A stretch of DNA of 64,000 nt from the IMG/VR virus record IMGVR_UViG_3300008262_003578; one strand, written 5' to 3'. This document shows, in pieces, positions 1-9,969 of this stretch. Origin of the DNA: a virus. The first letter of the stretch is position 1. Each line of letters opens with the position of its first letter. A program made the position numbers and the translations under genes. The notes beneath the pieces are model-generated. The model made no database searches. It was not told where the DNA came from and saw only the letters and a list, made by a program, of their open reading frames with translations.

Positions 1-887
1 CCTAACATTCGTTGGACTTTTAAACTAAGCCAAGATTTGTCTCCTATTTGAGAGTCACTATCTTTTTTCTTTATTGAAATTGCACCTGTTAAAAAATCTA
101 TTAACCAAGCATAAACATTGTGACCGTCAAATAGTTTGATTGTGTTTAAATAATCCTGAACAAACTGACCAACTAAATTTTGATTAACATCAACTGCGTT
201 AATATTCGCAATTCTAGCTTTTGGGGTTACTTTAAACCATCCACCACCAATCCCTGTTATAGGGTTAATTTCTAAAAATTCAATGTCAAACAAATTTTGT
301 TTTGAATCTCCTTTATAAAATTGAGAATGAACAACCGAATACGGGTTTGTGTTTTGAGTCACGTTATACAGTTCTTTATTCATCGCAAATGGTTTGTTTT
401 GAATAACAACACTATTTTTTTCGTAAATTAATTTACCAACTTTACTATTAGGGTCAATTTTTAAAATGCCCCCTAAATCTATTGAGGCAACACTGATTAA
501 TATTGGACTTTCCGCAACGTAAGTTTGTTGTTGGTCACAACCCACCGCAGTTAAAATTTCTTCAAATAAAATTTCTAAAATTTTAGGTTCAATAGTTTTA
601 ACTGTTTGTATTAATTTTTTTTTAACGTATTGTAATGAATTAGACCCCGTTACTTCATTTATATCTAATAAATGGTCAAATTGAGATTTGACTTTTCTCT
701 GAAAAGATTTAGTCTTGGCGGAAAATGAGTCTAAAGGACCTGTAATAGAGTCCTTTCTTTTTTCAAAAGAAGACCCATATTTTTTAGATGCATCATCATA
801 CCTTTTTTTTAGGTTTTTGTACGCTTTAGTGGACTCAACCTCAGTTTGTAATTTTTCGTAATCAGCACTAATGTCAATAGACGCCAT
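1..887 (-). CDS. Hypothetical phage protein, truncated at the window edge (starts MASIDISADYEKLQ)
   Basis: Manual translation: open frame from ATG at 887 to the window edge; missing from the ORF track. Confidence 0.75.
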   Translation of the reverse strand, partial: MASIDISADYEKLQTEVESTKAYKNLKKRYDDASKKYGSSFEKRKDSITGPLDSFSAKTKSFQRKVKSQFDHLLDINEVTGSNSLQYVKKKLIQTVKTIEPKILEILFEEILTAVGCDQQQTYVAESPILISVASIDLGGILKIDPNSKVGKLIYEKNSVVIQNKPFAMNKELYNVTQNTNPYSVVHSQFYKGDSKQNLFDIEFLEINPITGIGGGWFKVTPKARIANINAVDVNQNLVGQFVQDYLNTIKLFDGHNVYAWLIDFLTGAISIKKKDSDSQIGDKSWLSLKVQRML

Positions 888-895
888 AATTTAAA

Positions 896-1267
896 TTATT
901 TCATTTTATATGACCCTCCACCAGTATTAACATCCTTGTCAATTAAACTTTTAATCATCTCATCATCCATATCAATATCTGACAATGAAAAACTTTCACT
1001 AGTGTTATTTGATTTCTCCCAAATACTTGCTTGTAACTTAGATAAGGATAATTTTTTTTCCACACAGTCATTGATAATTTTTTGTTGTTTTTCAATAACA
1101 GGACCTATTAAAGTCATATCTTCAGGGTCCTTCATCATTGTTAACATTTTATTTTGAATTCTGATGGCAGTATTTCTCTGTTCTACAAGTTCATTGTAAA
1201 TTTCTTGCATCAATGACAAAATTGATTCTTTGGTTAAATTAATTTCTTTTTTTGGTGGTCTTCCCAT
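896..1267 (-). CDS. Hypothetical coiled-coil protein with basic N-terminus (MGRPPKK)
   Basis: 123-aa ORF preceded by a TATTTAT motif. Confidence 0.7.
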   Translation of the reverse strand: MGRPPKKEINLTKESILSLMQEIYNELVEQRNTAIRIQNKMLTMMKDPEDMTLIGPVIEKQQKIINDCVEKKLSLSKLQASIWEKSNNTSESFSLSDIDMDDEMIKSLIDKDVNTGGGSYKMK

Positions 1268-1293
1268 AGTATATAAATATTTATCTAAAAATT

Positions 1294-2040
1294 TTATTTA
1301 ACCATATTTTGGATTAGGTTTAAATAAATAACCTTGAATTTTTTCATTGAACTTCTTATTTCTTTTGTTGATAAATTTGTCATTTCTCTAAGAGATAATA
1401 AAACAATGTTTTTATTAAATTTATTATTATCATTCCCAATAAAAATACTTTCATAATTATCAAACAAATCATATAGGGCCATTCCTAATTTATGCTCGTT
1501 CTCCGACAATTTTTCATTTTTAATGAATAAATCCAATTCAATTAAAAATTTATTAATAACACTGCTATAATCTATAGTATCCTTATCAAGGGAATAAGAA
1601 AACTGTTCACTATTTTCTAAGTCACTTGAAATGTCTTCATATGAAATTTTTCTATTTGTTTCCTTTTGGTCCTTTATGATTTGACCCATTAAATAGTTTT
1701 TACATATGGTACCAAAATAAGAATAGGCCTTTTTTTCTTTAGAAGGTTTAAATTTCTCAATTTTAGTCATTAAAAATGAATGGGTATCTATATGTATTTC
1801 ATAGAAATCCATATCTTTTCTGTATAACTTATACCGTCTAATAATTGACGATATCATTTTATCTAAAGGTTTTCTCAAAAAATCATTATAAATTTTGTTT
1901 TTTTCTTCGTAAGTTTTGGCGGTTAAAAAATCTATAACCGCCATTTCTTCCTGTACATCAAAATAATTTGATTGTTTTGGTTTTCTACCTTTCTTTTTTA
2001 CCTCATTTGATTGTTCTGACAGTTCATTTTTTTCGCTCAT
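1294..2040 (-). CDS. Phage sigma-70-family (T4 gp55-like) sigma factor
   Basis: KMISSIIRRY...LMTKIEKFKPSKEKKAYSYFGTICKNYL aligns with sigma region 2 (LVISIAKKY...LMKAVDKF...KFSTYA); possible C-terminal HTH (LREMTNLSTKEI). Confidence 0.65.
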   Translation of the reverse strand: MSEKNELSEQSNEVKKKGRKPKQSNYFDVQEEMAVIDFLTAKTYEEKNKIYNDFLRKPLDKMISSIIRRYKLYRKDMDFYEIHIDTHSFLMTKIEKFKPSKEKKAYSYFGTICKNYLMGQIIKDQKETNRKISYEDISSDLENSEQFSYSLDKDTIDYSSVINKFLIELDLFIKNEKLSENEHKLGMALYDLFDNYESIFIGNDNNKFNKNIVLLSLREMTNLSTKEIRSSMKKFKVIYLNLIQNMVK

Positions 2041-2864
2041 TAAACAATTTGAGATTCATACTTTATGTTTCTATCGGCATCAAATAAGTATTCTTTTTTT
2101 GCTGACTCAACCCAAAACCTAATCTCATCATTAGTTAATGGTTCATTACCATTTTTGTAATTCCAAAAGATTGAGCCGTTTCTTAAATTAACGTGTTTGT
2201 AACCAATTCTTGGAATTGACATAATTTTAACTGATTTTTGAGTAAGTCTTAAAAACATTTCATAACCAAAAGTTAGTTTAAATGAAGGTTTAATTAAGTC
2301 GTAATCACTGAAAGAACTTTTTCTAATGACCATTCCCGACATTTGGAAATTTTGGTAGTCTTGTAAAGTTTCATTAGTTAATATACCCATTTCAGATGAG
2401 AAGTTAGCGGCAAATGTCGCTTCATTTGTAAATCCCGCAAATAATCCCTTTTCATCGGTATCAACAACTATTGGTAAAAACGCATCAACATCTGGATATG
2501 ATTCAGAATATTTTTTAACATTCTTAAACCAAATTGTGGAGTATTCATCATCAAACTCAAAAAGAGAAACCCATTTTGATTCTGAAGATTTAATACCGTA
2601 ATTAATTTGTGAGGCATAATTAGGTTCTTCAGTCCACTCAAGTTTTTTAACATTTAACAAACCAAAATCAAATCCGTTTAAATATTCGGTAAGAGAAGTT
2701 TCATTACAGTAAACAATTACAAGTTCGTTTATTTGAGTATTTTGAATTTTCAACGACTCAACACATTTTTTAAAGTAATCTTCAAAACCAAGTACCTTAC
2801 TGGTTTTAATCGGTAAAATAACCGATACATCAAATTTTTCTACATTTTCCATATTATTCATCAA
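2040..2864 (-). CDS. Glycosyltransferase, GT-A/GT2-like
   Basis: DVSVILPI N-terminus, NYASQINYGI, acidic FEFDD motif. Confidence 0.75.
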   Translation of the reverse strand: MMNNMENVEKFDVSVILPIKTSKVLGFEDYFKKCVESLKIQNTQINELVIVYCNETSLTEYLNGFDFGLLNVKKLEWTEEPNYASQINYGIKSSESKWVSLFEFDDEYSTIWFKNVKKYSESYPDVDAFLPIVVDTDEKGLFAGFTNEATFAANFSSEMGILTNETLQDYQNFQMSGMVIRKSSFSDYDLIKPSFKLTFGYEMFLRLTQKSVKIMSIPRIGYKHVNLRNGSIFWNYKNGNEPLTNDEIRFWVESAKKEYLFDADRNIKYESQIV

Positions 2865-3918
2865 TTGTTTCTGTTTTTATTAATTGACCTTCAAATGACT
2901 CTAATCTCACCGAGATGTATGATTCAAATAAAGATAAAACGGTACTTTCAAACTGCTCTTGAGTTGATAATTCAGAAACAGTTTTATCCATTTCAGAAAA
3001 AATATTTTCATCAATATTATCCTCAAGCCAACTTTGGATATAGTCCGCAATAAAATCAACCATCTGTATTTTATTATTAGCCCACAAACCATTTTTTTCA
3101 TTCAACCACTTAGGTAATAAGTTAGGAACTAATCCCATAACAGGAACACCCGTTTTCATTGATTCTAATGGGAATGTACCGTAAGAACTTGTCTCATCAA
3201 TCCATACTGATAAACAAGTATCTTTCAGTCCATCCGCAAACTGTTTCTCAGTTAATCCTCTCATATCACGAAAAGTAATCCATCTATATTGGGGGTATTT
3301 AATATAGAAGTTTTTAACTAAGTTAATAGAATCTCTTTGCTCTCTTGTGTTAATTGCGATTATTGGTTTTGATGGTAAACTTGGTTTAGAAAATTTTTCA
3401 GGAATATAAGGTTCTAAAACATCAACTGAAACATTCTTCATCAATGATGAAATGTATTCTTTTTGTTCTTCTGATGTTGTAATACATTTATGGAACCCTA
3501 ATTGACCCCAAGTTTGACCTGGCTGTAATGTCTCAAGAATATGGTCATAAGCTTGGCATAAAACAATTTTACCACAAGGTAATTTTGTGATTTGGCTCAT
3601 TACAAACCCATAAAGTTCAGGTACTACAATAAAATCTTCGGGTGAAACTTCTAAGTTTTGACCCTCAATTGATTGATGAGGTATTTTTTCCATGTACTCA
3701 TTACCCAACCACTCACCAACACCTGTATAATCGGGTTTTTCGTGTAACATAATTACATTATAACCAGAATTAATTAACGTTAATCCTAACCTATAAATGT
3801 ATGAAATAGATGCTTTGGCGTTACCTTTAGTATCTTGAGCCAAAAGATAAATTTTAGATTTTTTATCCTTCATATTTTGGATAGACCTCTCTAATTTTGA
3901 AATTTGTTCTTGATTCAT
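2854..3918 (-). CDS. Glycosyltransferase, GT-B/GT4-like
   Basis: ETSSYGTFPLESMKTGVPV resembles the GT-B E-x7-E donor-binding motif. Confidence 0.7.
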   Translation of the reverse strand: MNQEQISKLERSIQNMKDKKSKIYLLAQDTKGNAKASISYIYRLGLTLINSGYNVIMLHEKPDYTGVGEWLGNEYMEKIPHQSIEGQNLEVSPEDFIVVPELYGFVMSQITKLPCGKIVLCQAYDHILETLQPGQTWGQLGFHKCITTSEEQKEYISSLMKNVSVDVLEPYIPEKFSKPSLPSKPIIAINTREQRDSINLVKNFYIKYPQYRWITFRDMRGLTEKQFADGLKDTCLSVWIDETSSYGTFPLESMKTGVPVMGLVPNLLPKWLNEKNGLWANNKIQMVDFIADYIQSWLEDNIDENIFSEMDKTVSELSTQEQFESTVLSLFESYISVRLESFEGQLIKTETIDE

Positions 3919-3922
3919 ATGT

Positions 3923-4189
3923 TTAATATTTATTTATTATTTTTTTGTTTATTAGTGTATTAAATGCTAATTTAAAAGGTATTGATATTTCAGAACTTTT
4001 TGGTCCTAATGTTTCGTCAACATCTTCACTTTCACTTAATAGAACATCAACCATAATTTTTAACATATCATATTTTACCACACTGATATGTTGTTCTGTA
4101 CTTCCAGACTCTGAGTAGTTTGGTAGATTAACCAATTCCTCCATTTTATCTAAATCAAGATAATAATGTTCATTTAAAATTTTTAACAT
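3923..4189 (-). CDS. Hypothetical protein
   Basis: 88-aa ORF tightly packed in the operon. Confidence 0.7.
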   Translation of the reverse strand: MLKILNEHYYLDLDKMEELVNLPNYSESGSTEQHISVVKYDMLKIMVDVLLSESEDVDETLGPKSSEISIPFKLAFNTLINKKIINKY

Positions 4190-4191
4190 AG

Positions 4192-4785
4192 TTACAATTC
4201 TTTAATTTTATTTTCCAACTCTTTTATTGAGCTAATTGTATGAATGCAAGGAATATCTTTGTTATACTCCGTCTCATATTTTATTATAATTTTACCATCA
4301 GGATAATCTAATAATAAGGCGGGATTTGATGTAAGTAAAATATCCACCTCATCCCACATTGAATTAATTGTTAAATTACTATAGAATTTAACTTTTTCTA
4401 ATTGACACCCAAATTTTGAAAGGAAGAATAATGATGCGGGTTTTGACCTACCAATTTCATCTGAAACAATTAAGAAATCAAAGTAATCTCTGTAATTGAC
4501 ATATATATCATTTAAATCATTGAATGTAGTATATTCAGTTGATTGAGAATGCCCAAATATTTCCATTGGGAATTCCTCATATAAAAATGAATACACCTCT
4601 TCGTCACTTTGGAATTCAAAATGATTTTTAAGTTCTAACGAATTTATTGGTGTGGTTATTTTGTATTCAAACGAATCCTCATCCTCAATACCTTCGGTCT
4701 TATCAATATAGAATTTTTGATAGGTTTGTTCTATCTTACCTAATGTATTTCTTAACACACCATTTATCTCAATCCCAAATCTCAT
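4192..4785 (-). CDS. HAD-fold 5'(3')-nucleotidase-like protein with degenerate motif I
   Basis: GIEINGVLRN where GIDIDGVLRD is expected. Confidence 0.55.
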   Translation of the reverse strand: MRFGIEINGVLRNTLGKIEQTYQKFYIDKTEGIEDEDSFEYKITTPINSLELKNHFEFQSDEEVYSFLYEEFPMEIFGHSQSTEYTTFNDLNDIYVNYRDYFDFLIVSDEIGRSKPASLFFLSKFGCQLEKVKFYSNLTINSMWDEVDILLTSNPALLLDYPDGKIIIKYETEYNKDIPCIHTISSIKELENKIKEL

Positions 4786-5522
4786 TCCTCGTATCTGTTT
4801 AAGATTTTAGTGATTAACGGGTTACGAACAACATCTTCCATACCAAATTCAAAAACTCCTATCTCACTAACATTCTTAAGTTTTTGAATTGCATCCCAAA
4901 GACCCGTTTGTTTCTTATCTTTGTATCGGTCAGTCTGCTCCAAGTCACCCGATATGAAAAATTTACTATTATAACCAATCCTTGTTAATAGTAATTTCAT
5001 TTGATTAGGTGTTGAGTTTTGAGCTTCCTCAAATATTAAAATTGAATTGTCAATGTTCATACCTCTCATATAGGCCAAGGCAAACACCTCAACAAACTCA
5101 AGTTCTTTTAATTTTTCTCTAGCATCCTTACCAATAATTTTATTCATCAGATAGTAAGATGGGAAAATGTAAGGGTCTAATTTTTCCTCAACGTTACCAG
5201 GTAATGCTCCCAACTTTTCTTCTGCCTCAACCGCAGGTCTAACAATAATAATTTTTTCATACTGATTATCAGGGTCGTATAATAAATTAAGAGCTGCGCT
5301 CATAGCCACAAAACTCTTACCAACACCTGCAGGACCCGTACAAATAGTTATTTGGTTATGTTTTAATGTCTCAAAATATTTTCTTTGATTTTCTGTTAAA
5401 AACTTCTCTTTGGGCTTCTTTTTTAAGATTTTACCAATGATGTCTTTTTTATTTAGAGGTCTTGAAGGTTCCTCACTCACCGAAGGCGTTGCTTGCGGAG
5501 ATGGTTTTTTTCTTTGTGACAT
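4782..5522 (-). CDS. phoH: PhoH family ATPase
   Basis: GPAGVGKS Walker A, RPAVEA, LGALPG, AYMRG, EEAQN, GDLEQTD. Confidence 0.95.
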   Translation of the reverse strand: MSQRKKPSPQATPSVSEEPSRPLNKKDIIGKILKKKPKEKFLTENQRKYFETLKHNQITICTGPAGVGKSFVAMSAALNLLYDPDNQYEKIIIVRPAVEAEEKLGALPGNVEEKLDPYIFPSYYLMNKIIGKDAREKLKELEFVEVFALAYMRGMNIDNSILIFEEAQNSTPNQMKLLLTRIGYNSKFFISGDLEQTDRYKDKKQTGLWDAIQKLKNVSEIGVFEFGMEDVVRNPLITKILNRYEE

Positions 5523-5560
5523 ATTATTTTAATTAAATTTTATAACTAAATAATACTCCA

Positions 5561-6544
5561 TTATTTATAATATTCAAGCCAATATTCAATCATCTCATCT
5601 AACATAGATTCAAAAGTATAATTTGGTCTCCAACCTGTCATTGATTTTAGTTTTGTACTATCACCCTTCAAATCGTAAAGTTCTTCAGGACGATAAAATT
5701 TTTCATCAATTGTAACATATTCTCTAAAATCTAATTCTAACTTATTAAAGACATATTCACATAAATCTTTAACAGAATGTGATATACCCGTTGAACAAAC
5801 AAAATCATCGGGTTTATCTTGTTGTAAAATCATCCACATCGCCTCAACATAATCTTTAGCGTGGCCCCAATCTCTAGTGGCGTCAAGATTACCAAGTTTT
5901 AATTGATTAGATAAACCTAATTTAATTTTAACAGCTTCTTTACATACTTTATTCGTAACAAAATTAGTACCTCTTCTTGGTGATTCGTGATTAAACAATA
6001 TCCCATTAGAAACAAACATGTCATATGAGTTTCTATAATTTCTACAAATGTTATATGAGAATACTTTTGCACATCCGTATGGTGATACAGGATTCATTGG
6101 AGTTGTTTCTCTTTGATACCCATCTTGGTCAATACAATTACCAAACATCTCTGAAGATGATGCTTGATAAATTTTTATAGATGGGTCAATTAATTTAACC
6201 GCCTCTAAAAGATTTAATGTCCCAACACCAGTAACATTTGCCGTGTATAATGGTTGGTCAAATGAAATTCTAACATGTGATTGAGCCGCTAAATTGTAAA
6301 TTTCAACGGGTCTAACTTCTTGAATGACACGAATTAATGATGACAAATCTGTCATATCGGCATAGTGTAGTTTAATTTTTTCGTATACCGAGTCTAATCT
6401 TGAAGTTTGATTTTCAGAAACTGAGTTTCGTTTTAAAGTCCCGTGTACCTCATAACCCTTGTCAAGTAAAAATTCTGTTAGGTATGAACCGTCTTGTCCG
6501 TTTATACCTGTAATTAATGCGATTTTATTTTCTAACGTTCTCAT
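5561..6544 (-). CDS. gmd: GDP-mannose 4,6-dehydratase
   Basis: ITGINGQDGSYL, YNLAAQSHV, QASSSEMFG, PYGCAK, LFNHESPRRG, RDWGHA. Confidence 0.96.
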   Translation of the reverse strand: MRTLENKIALITGINGQDGSYLTEFLLDKGYEVHGTLKRNSVSENQTSRLDSVYEKIKLHYADMTDLSSLIRVIQEVRPVEIYNLAAQSHVRISFDQPLYTANVTGVGTLNLLEAVKLIDPSIKIYQASSSEMFGNCIDQDGYQRETTPMNPVSPYGCAKVFSYNICRNYRNSYDMFVSNGILFNHESPRRGTNFVTNKVCKEAVKIKLGLSNQLKLGNLDATRDWGHAKDYVEAMWMILQQDKPDDFVCSTGISHSVKDLCEYVFNKLELDFREYVTIDEKFYRPEELYDLKGDSTKLKSMTGWRPNYTFESMLDEMIEYWLEYYK

Positions 6545-7439
6545 AATTTTTAATAAAGTACTTTATAGTTTTTTTTAATCCATCATATAGTGGGGTAAAA
6601 TTAAAATCGGGTAAATAATTTTTTAATTTTGAATTATCTGATGGTTTTCTATATTGACCATCTGGTTTATTGACGTTGAAATATACCTTACCCTCAAATT
6701 CCATAATTTCAGTTATGATACTGACAACTTCTTTAATTGATATTTCTTGTGAAGTTGATAAAATAATTGGTTCGGATTCAGTGTAGTTATATAAAACCCA
6801 TTCAGTTAATTTTGCAACATCTTCACTAAAAATGAACTCCCTTAATGAATTTCCTGACCCCCAAATTTCAAACGGAGTGTTATTTTTTTTGGCTAAATAA
6901 CATTTATGAATTAATGAAGGTATGACATGACCATTTTCAATATTGTAGTTGTCATTTGGACCATAGATATTAGTGGGTATAACCGATTTATAATTTAATC
7001 CGTATTGTTCTCTATATGCTCGTATCTGAATATCTGTCATTCTTTTGGCATATGCATATGCGTCGTTTGAAAAATGAGGTGGTCCTAAATGTATTTTATT
7101 CTCAGTTAAAGGATATTCTATATTGTCGGGGAATACACATGTGGATAAAAAAGCAACAAGATTTTTAATACCGTGAACCCTTGCTGATTCAATAACATTC
7201 GTATTCATCATTATATTATCGTGAAAAAATTCACCTTTATAGTTCATATTTCCACCAACACCCCCAACTCTACCAGCACAATGAATTATGGAGTCAAATT
7301 TTATCTTATTTAACACCTCGTCAATTTCGGTTCTATTTCTTAAATCACATTTACTTGACGATAATGGGGTATAATTATCCCCATTAAATTCAGAACCAAC
7401 AAGACCATAACCCCCTGTTACTAAAATATTTCCCATCAC
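6525..7439 (-). CDS. fcl: GDP-L-fucose synthase (4-keto-6-deoxymannose epimerase/reductase)
   Basis: VTGGYGLVG, AGRVGG, LSTCVFP, YAYAKR, PTNIYGP, HVIPSLI, REFIF. Confidence 0.93.
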   Translation of the reverse strand: MMGNILVTGGYGLVGSEFNGDNYTPLSSSKCDLRNRTEIDEVLNKIKFDSIIHCAGRVGGVGGNMNYKGEFFHDNIMMNTNVIESARVHGIKNLVAFLSTCVFPDNIEYPLTENKIHLGPPHFSNDAYAYAKRMTDIQIRAYREQYGLNYKSVIPTNIYGPNDNYNIENGHVIPSLIHKCYLAKKNNTPFEIWGSGNSLREFIFSEDVAKLTEWVLYNYTESEPIILSTSQEISIKEVVSIITEIMEFEGKVYFNVNKPDGQYRKPSDNSKLKNYLPDFNFTPLYDGLKKTIKYFIKNYENVRK

Positions 7440-8656
7440 ATCCCAATAATTTCAAAAGTGGGGCAAGGAACAATAAATTTACCCCCACTTTTTAAAAATT
7501 CTGACTCTCTTTCAACAAACTCATTTATAAAATGCCAAGGTAGTACTAACAAATAATCAGGTTTAGCCTTTCTCATTTCATCTTCAGAATAAATAGGAAT
7601 GTTAGTACCGACTGTTTTAAGTCCGAACTTGTATATACTTCTTTCAGCAATACCGTCAATCAAAGTATGGTCTAATCCAAAATATTGTAAAAGAGTATTA
7701 CCTTTAGTTGATGCCCCATAGCCCCAAATTGTTTTTCCTTTGGATTTTTCTTCCTTAATAAAGGAGATTGTTTTTTCTTTTAAATCGTTAATCCTATCAA
7801 AAAATTTTAACCAAACCTCTTCTTTATCTAAACCTAATGTTCTTTCATATTCTAACGTAGATTTTAATCTGAAATTACAAATATCACGATAAGGCTGAGT
7901 TCCGAATTTAGTTTTATCGGAATTTTCTTTCATACAATAAATTCTAAAAGACCCTCCGTTAGTGTCATTAAGTTGTATATCAACTATATCAATACCACAT
8001 TCTTTAAATATTTTTTGGATATTAAACAATGAATAGTAATATACATGTTCATGGCAAATGTTATCAAAGGCTAATTGCTCAATCATCAATGGTGTGTATG
8101 ATAATTGTAATACCCATACTCCATTATCGTCCAAAATTTCAACGATATCATTTACAAAACTTTTAGGGTCTTCTAAATCATAAAACATTGCAATGGTAGT
8201 TATAACCTTTGCCTTTAATTTTCCAAATTTACTTTCTTTAAAAACCTTTGACGTGAAATAATCCTGAATAATTAAATTGGCATGTTTTTCGGATTCTCTT
8301 TTAAATGAATCATCAACTGGGTCTATACCGACTTTAATTAAGTTATCGGGTACATTACTCAATAATGTACCATCATTACATGCGATATCCACCCATAAAT
8401 CATTTTCGTTTAATTTAACAATGTCAGTTATTGAATTAACAATTGATTTTAATTCTTTTTTCATGGTATTATTAATTCCTGACCTATACCAATATTTTCC
8501 ATACATAGTATCTAAAGGTGCTATTTTTTCTAATCTAACCGCACCCGTTTCAGGTTCTAACATCATTTTCATCTCTACTGAACCACCTCTTGGGGATTCA
8601 CCATCTTTTAAAAAGTCAGAAACATATAAATCTCCTAGTGTAAATAATTCTTTCAT
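7436..8656 (-). CDS. NDP-hexose C-methyltransferase (TylC3/EryBIII-like)
   Basis: DIACNDGTLL SAM motif, CHEHVYYYS, NGGSFR, GYGASTKGNTLLQY, LVLPWHF. Confidence 0.85.
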   Translation of the reverse strand: MKELFTLGDLYVSDFLKDGESPRGGSVEMKMMLEPETGAVRLEKIAPLDTMYGKYWYRSGINNTMKKELKSIVNSITDIVKLNENDLWVDIACNDGTLLSNVPDNLIKVGIDPVDDSFKRESEKHANLIIQDYFTSKVFKESKFGKLKAKVITTIAMFYDLEDPKSFVNDIVEILDDNGVWVLQLSYTPLMIEQLAFDNICHEHVYYYSLFNIQKIFKECGIDIVDIQLNDTNGGSFRIYCMKENSDKTKFGTQPYRDICNFRLKSTLEYERTLGLDKEEVWLKFFDRINDLKEKTISFIKEEKSKGKTIWGYGASTKGNTLLQYFGLDHTLIDGIAERSIYKFGLKTVGTNIPIYSEDEMRKAKPDYLLVLPWHFINEFVERESEFLKSGGKFIVPCPTFEIIGM

Positions 8657-8664
8657 AAGTTTTA

Positions 8665-9273
8665 TTATTTTAATAATTTATTATTAACATACCAATCTTC
8701 ATATGGTTTGTTATACCATTCAGGATTTGGGTCTAAACACGGAGCGTTATCAACAACTCTAGAAAACCCGTTTTTAGTTAAAAGTTCAAAAATTTGATTT
8801 TTACGAGTATCACCATCACAATAAAGATTATGTTCTACAGTAATCAGACCAATCTCATATTTGATAAAATCAAACTCTTTTAATGCGATATATTCGTAAC
8901 CTTCAATATCTATAGATAAATAATCAATAACGTTTGGTGCATTATTTTCGTCTAATATATTTAAAAGAGTGTCACAATCAATACTGATACCTTCATTAGT
9001 TATTTTATATTCATTAGCATTAAAATTACAAGTACCTTTATAATCAGTTACCGCCTTGTTGACGTTTACCGATTTCCTGTTTTTAATCAATGAATTAAAA
9101 ACTGACGGATTAGCTTCAATACATATTCCTGACCAATTAAAATTTTTCTCAAAAAAATAAGTATTACTTGTTTGAATTCCATCATAAGCACCAACCTCAA
9201 TAAAGTACCCATTTTTTTTGAATTCTAAAAATTCTGCGACCCATTTGTCTTGATTAGATTGTGAATAATACAT
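8665..9273 (-). CDS. FkbM family methyltransferase
   Basis: IEVGAYDG, SNT, IEANP, IDYLSIDIEGYE. Confidence 0.88.
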   Translation of the reverse strand: MYYSQSNQDKWVAEFLEFKKNGYFIEVGAYDGIQTSNTYFFEKNFNWSGICIEANPSVFNSLIKNRKSVNVNKAVTDYKGTCNFNANEYKITNEGISIDCDTLLNILDENNAPNVIDYLSIDIEGYEYIALKEFDFIKYEIGLITVEHNLYCDGDTRKNQIFELLTKNGFSRVVDNAPCLDPNPEWYNKPYEDWYVNNKLLK

Positions 9274-9275
9274 TT

Positions 9276-9911
9276 TTACTTTTTTATATATATTTGATTA
9301 TAATCAACGATGTCGGATAGATAATACCCAATACTTTCAAAATAATTCTTATATGAATCATCATTTAAAAAATTTTCAACGACAATTAATTTACAATCAA
9401 TATTTTTAGTATTTAGACCTCTCATAACCTCAATTTCCCAACCTTCAACATCAATTGATAAGATATCAACCTTATTAATATTGAGTTCACCTAATATCGT
9501 GTCTAGTTTTTTTATTTTGACTTTTATTTTTTCACTATTTTTATCTGTTAAAATAAAATTAGTGTTATTTAGATAACTTTCTTTAACGTCAATAGAAGAA
9601 AATGAGTGGTCGGTTACAACTCCCCCATACGCGTTTACCTCTTGATGAACTATAGTAAATTCACCATCTCTATCTTCATAAGAACATGCAAATTCATACA
9701 CTTCGTTACCAACCTCTTTATGTTGTTCTACAAAAGTAGGGTTAGGTTCAATTATAATTGACCTCCAACCGTTATCTTTAAAGTGTTTTGACATTGATAA
9801 AAACTCAGGAGTCGCACCCCCAACCTCAACGATTAATCCTTTATATTCGTAATCTGAAAAATATTTTTCTCTAATTATTTTATCAGTATCATATTCAGCG
9901 TAAAACTCCAT
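9276..9911 (-). CDS. FkbM family methyltransferase
   Basis: VEVGG, IIEPNP, DILSIDVEGWE. Confidence 0.85.
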   Translation of the reverse strand: MEFYAEYDTDKIIREKYFSDYEYKGLIVEVGGATPEFLSMSKHFKDNGWRSIIIEPNPTFVEQHKEVGNEVYEFACSYEDRDGEFTIVHQEVNAYGGVVTDHSFSSIDVKESYLNNTNFILTDKNSEKIKVKIKKLDTILGELNINKVDILSIDVEGWEIEVMRGLNTKNIDCKLIVVENFLNDDSYKNYFESIGYYLSDIVDYNQIYIKK

Positions 9912-9969
9912 ATTCCATTTTTTTATTATTTAAATTATTGTTAGGGTAATATTATTATTAATTAATAAA

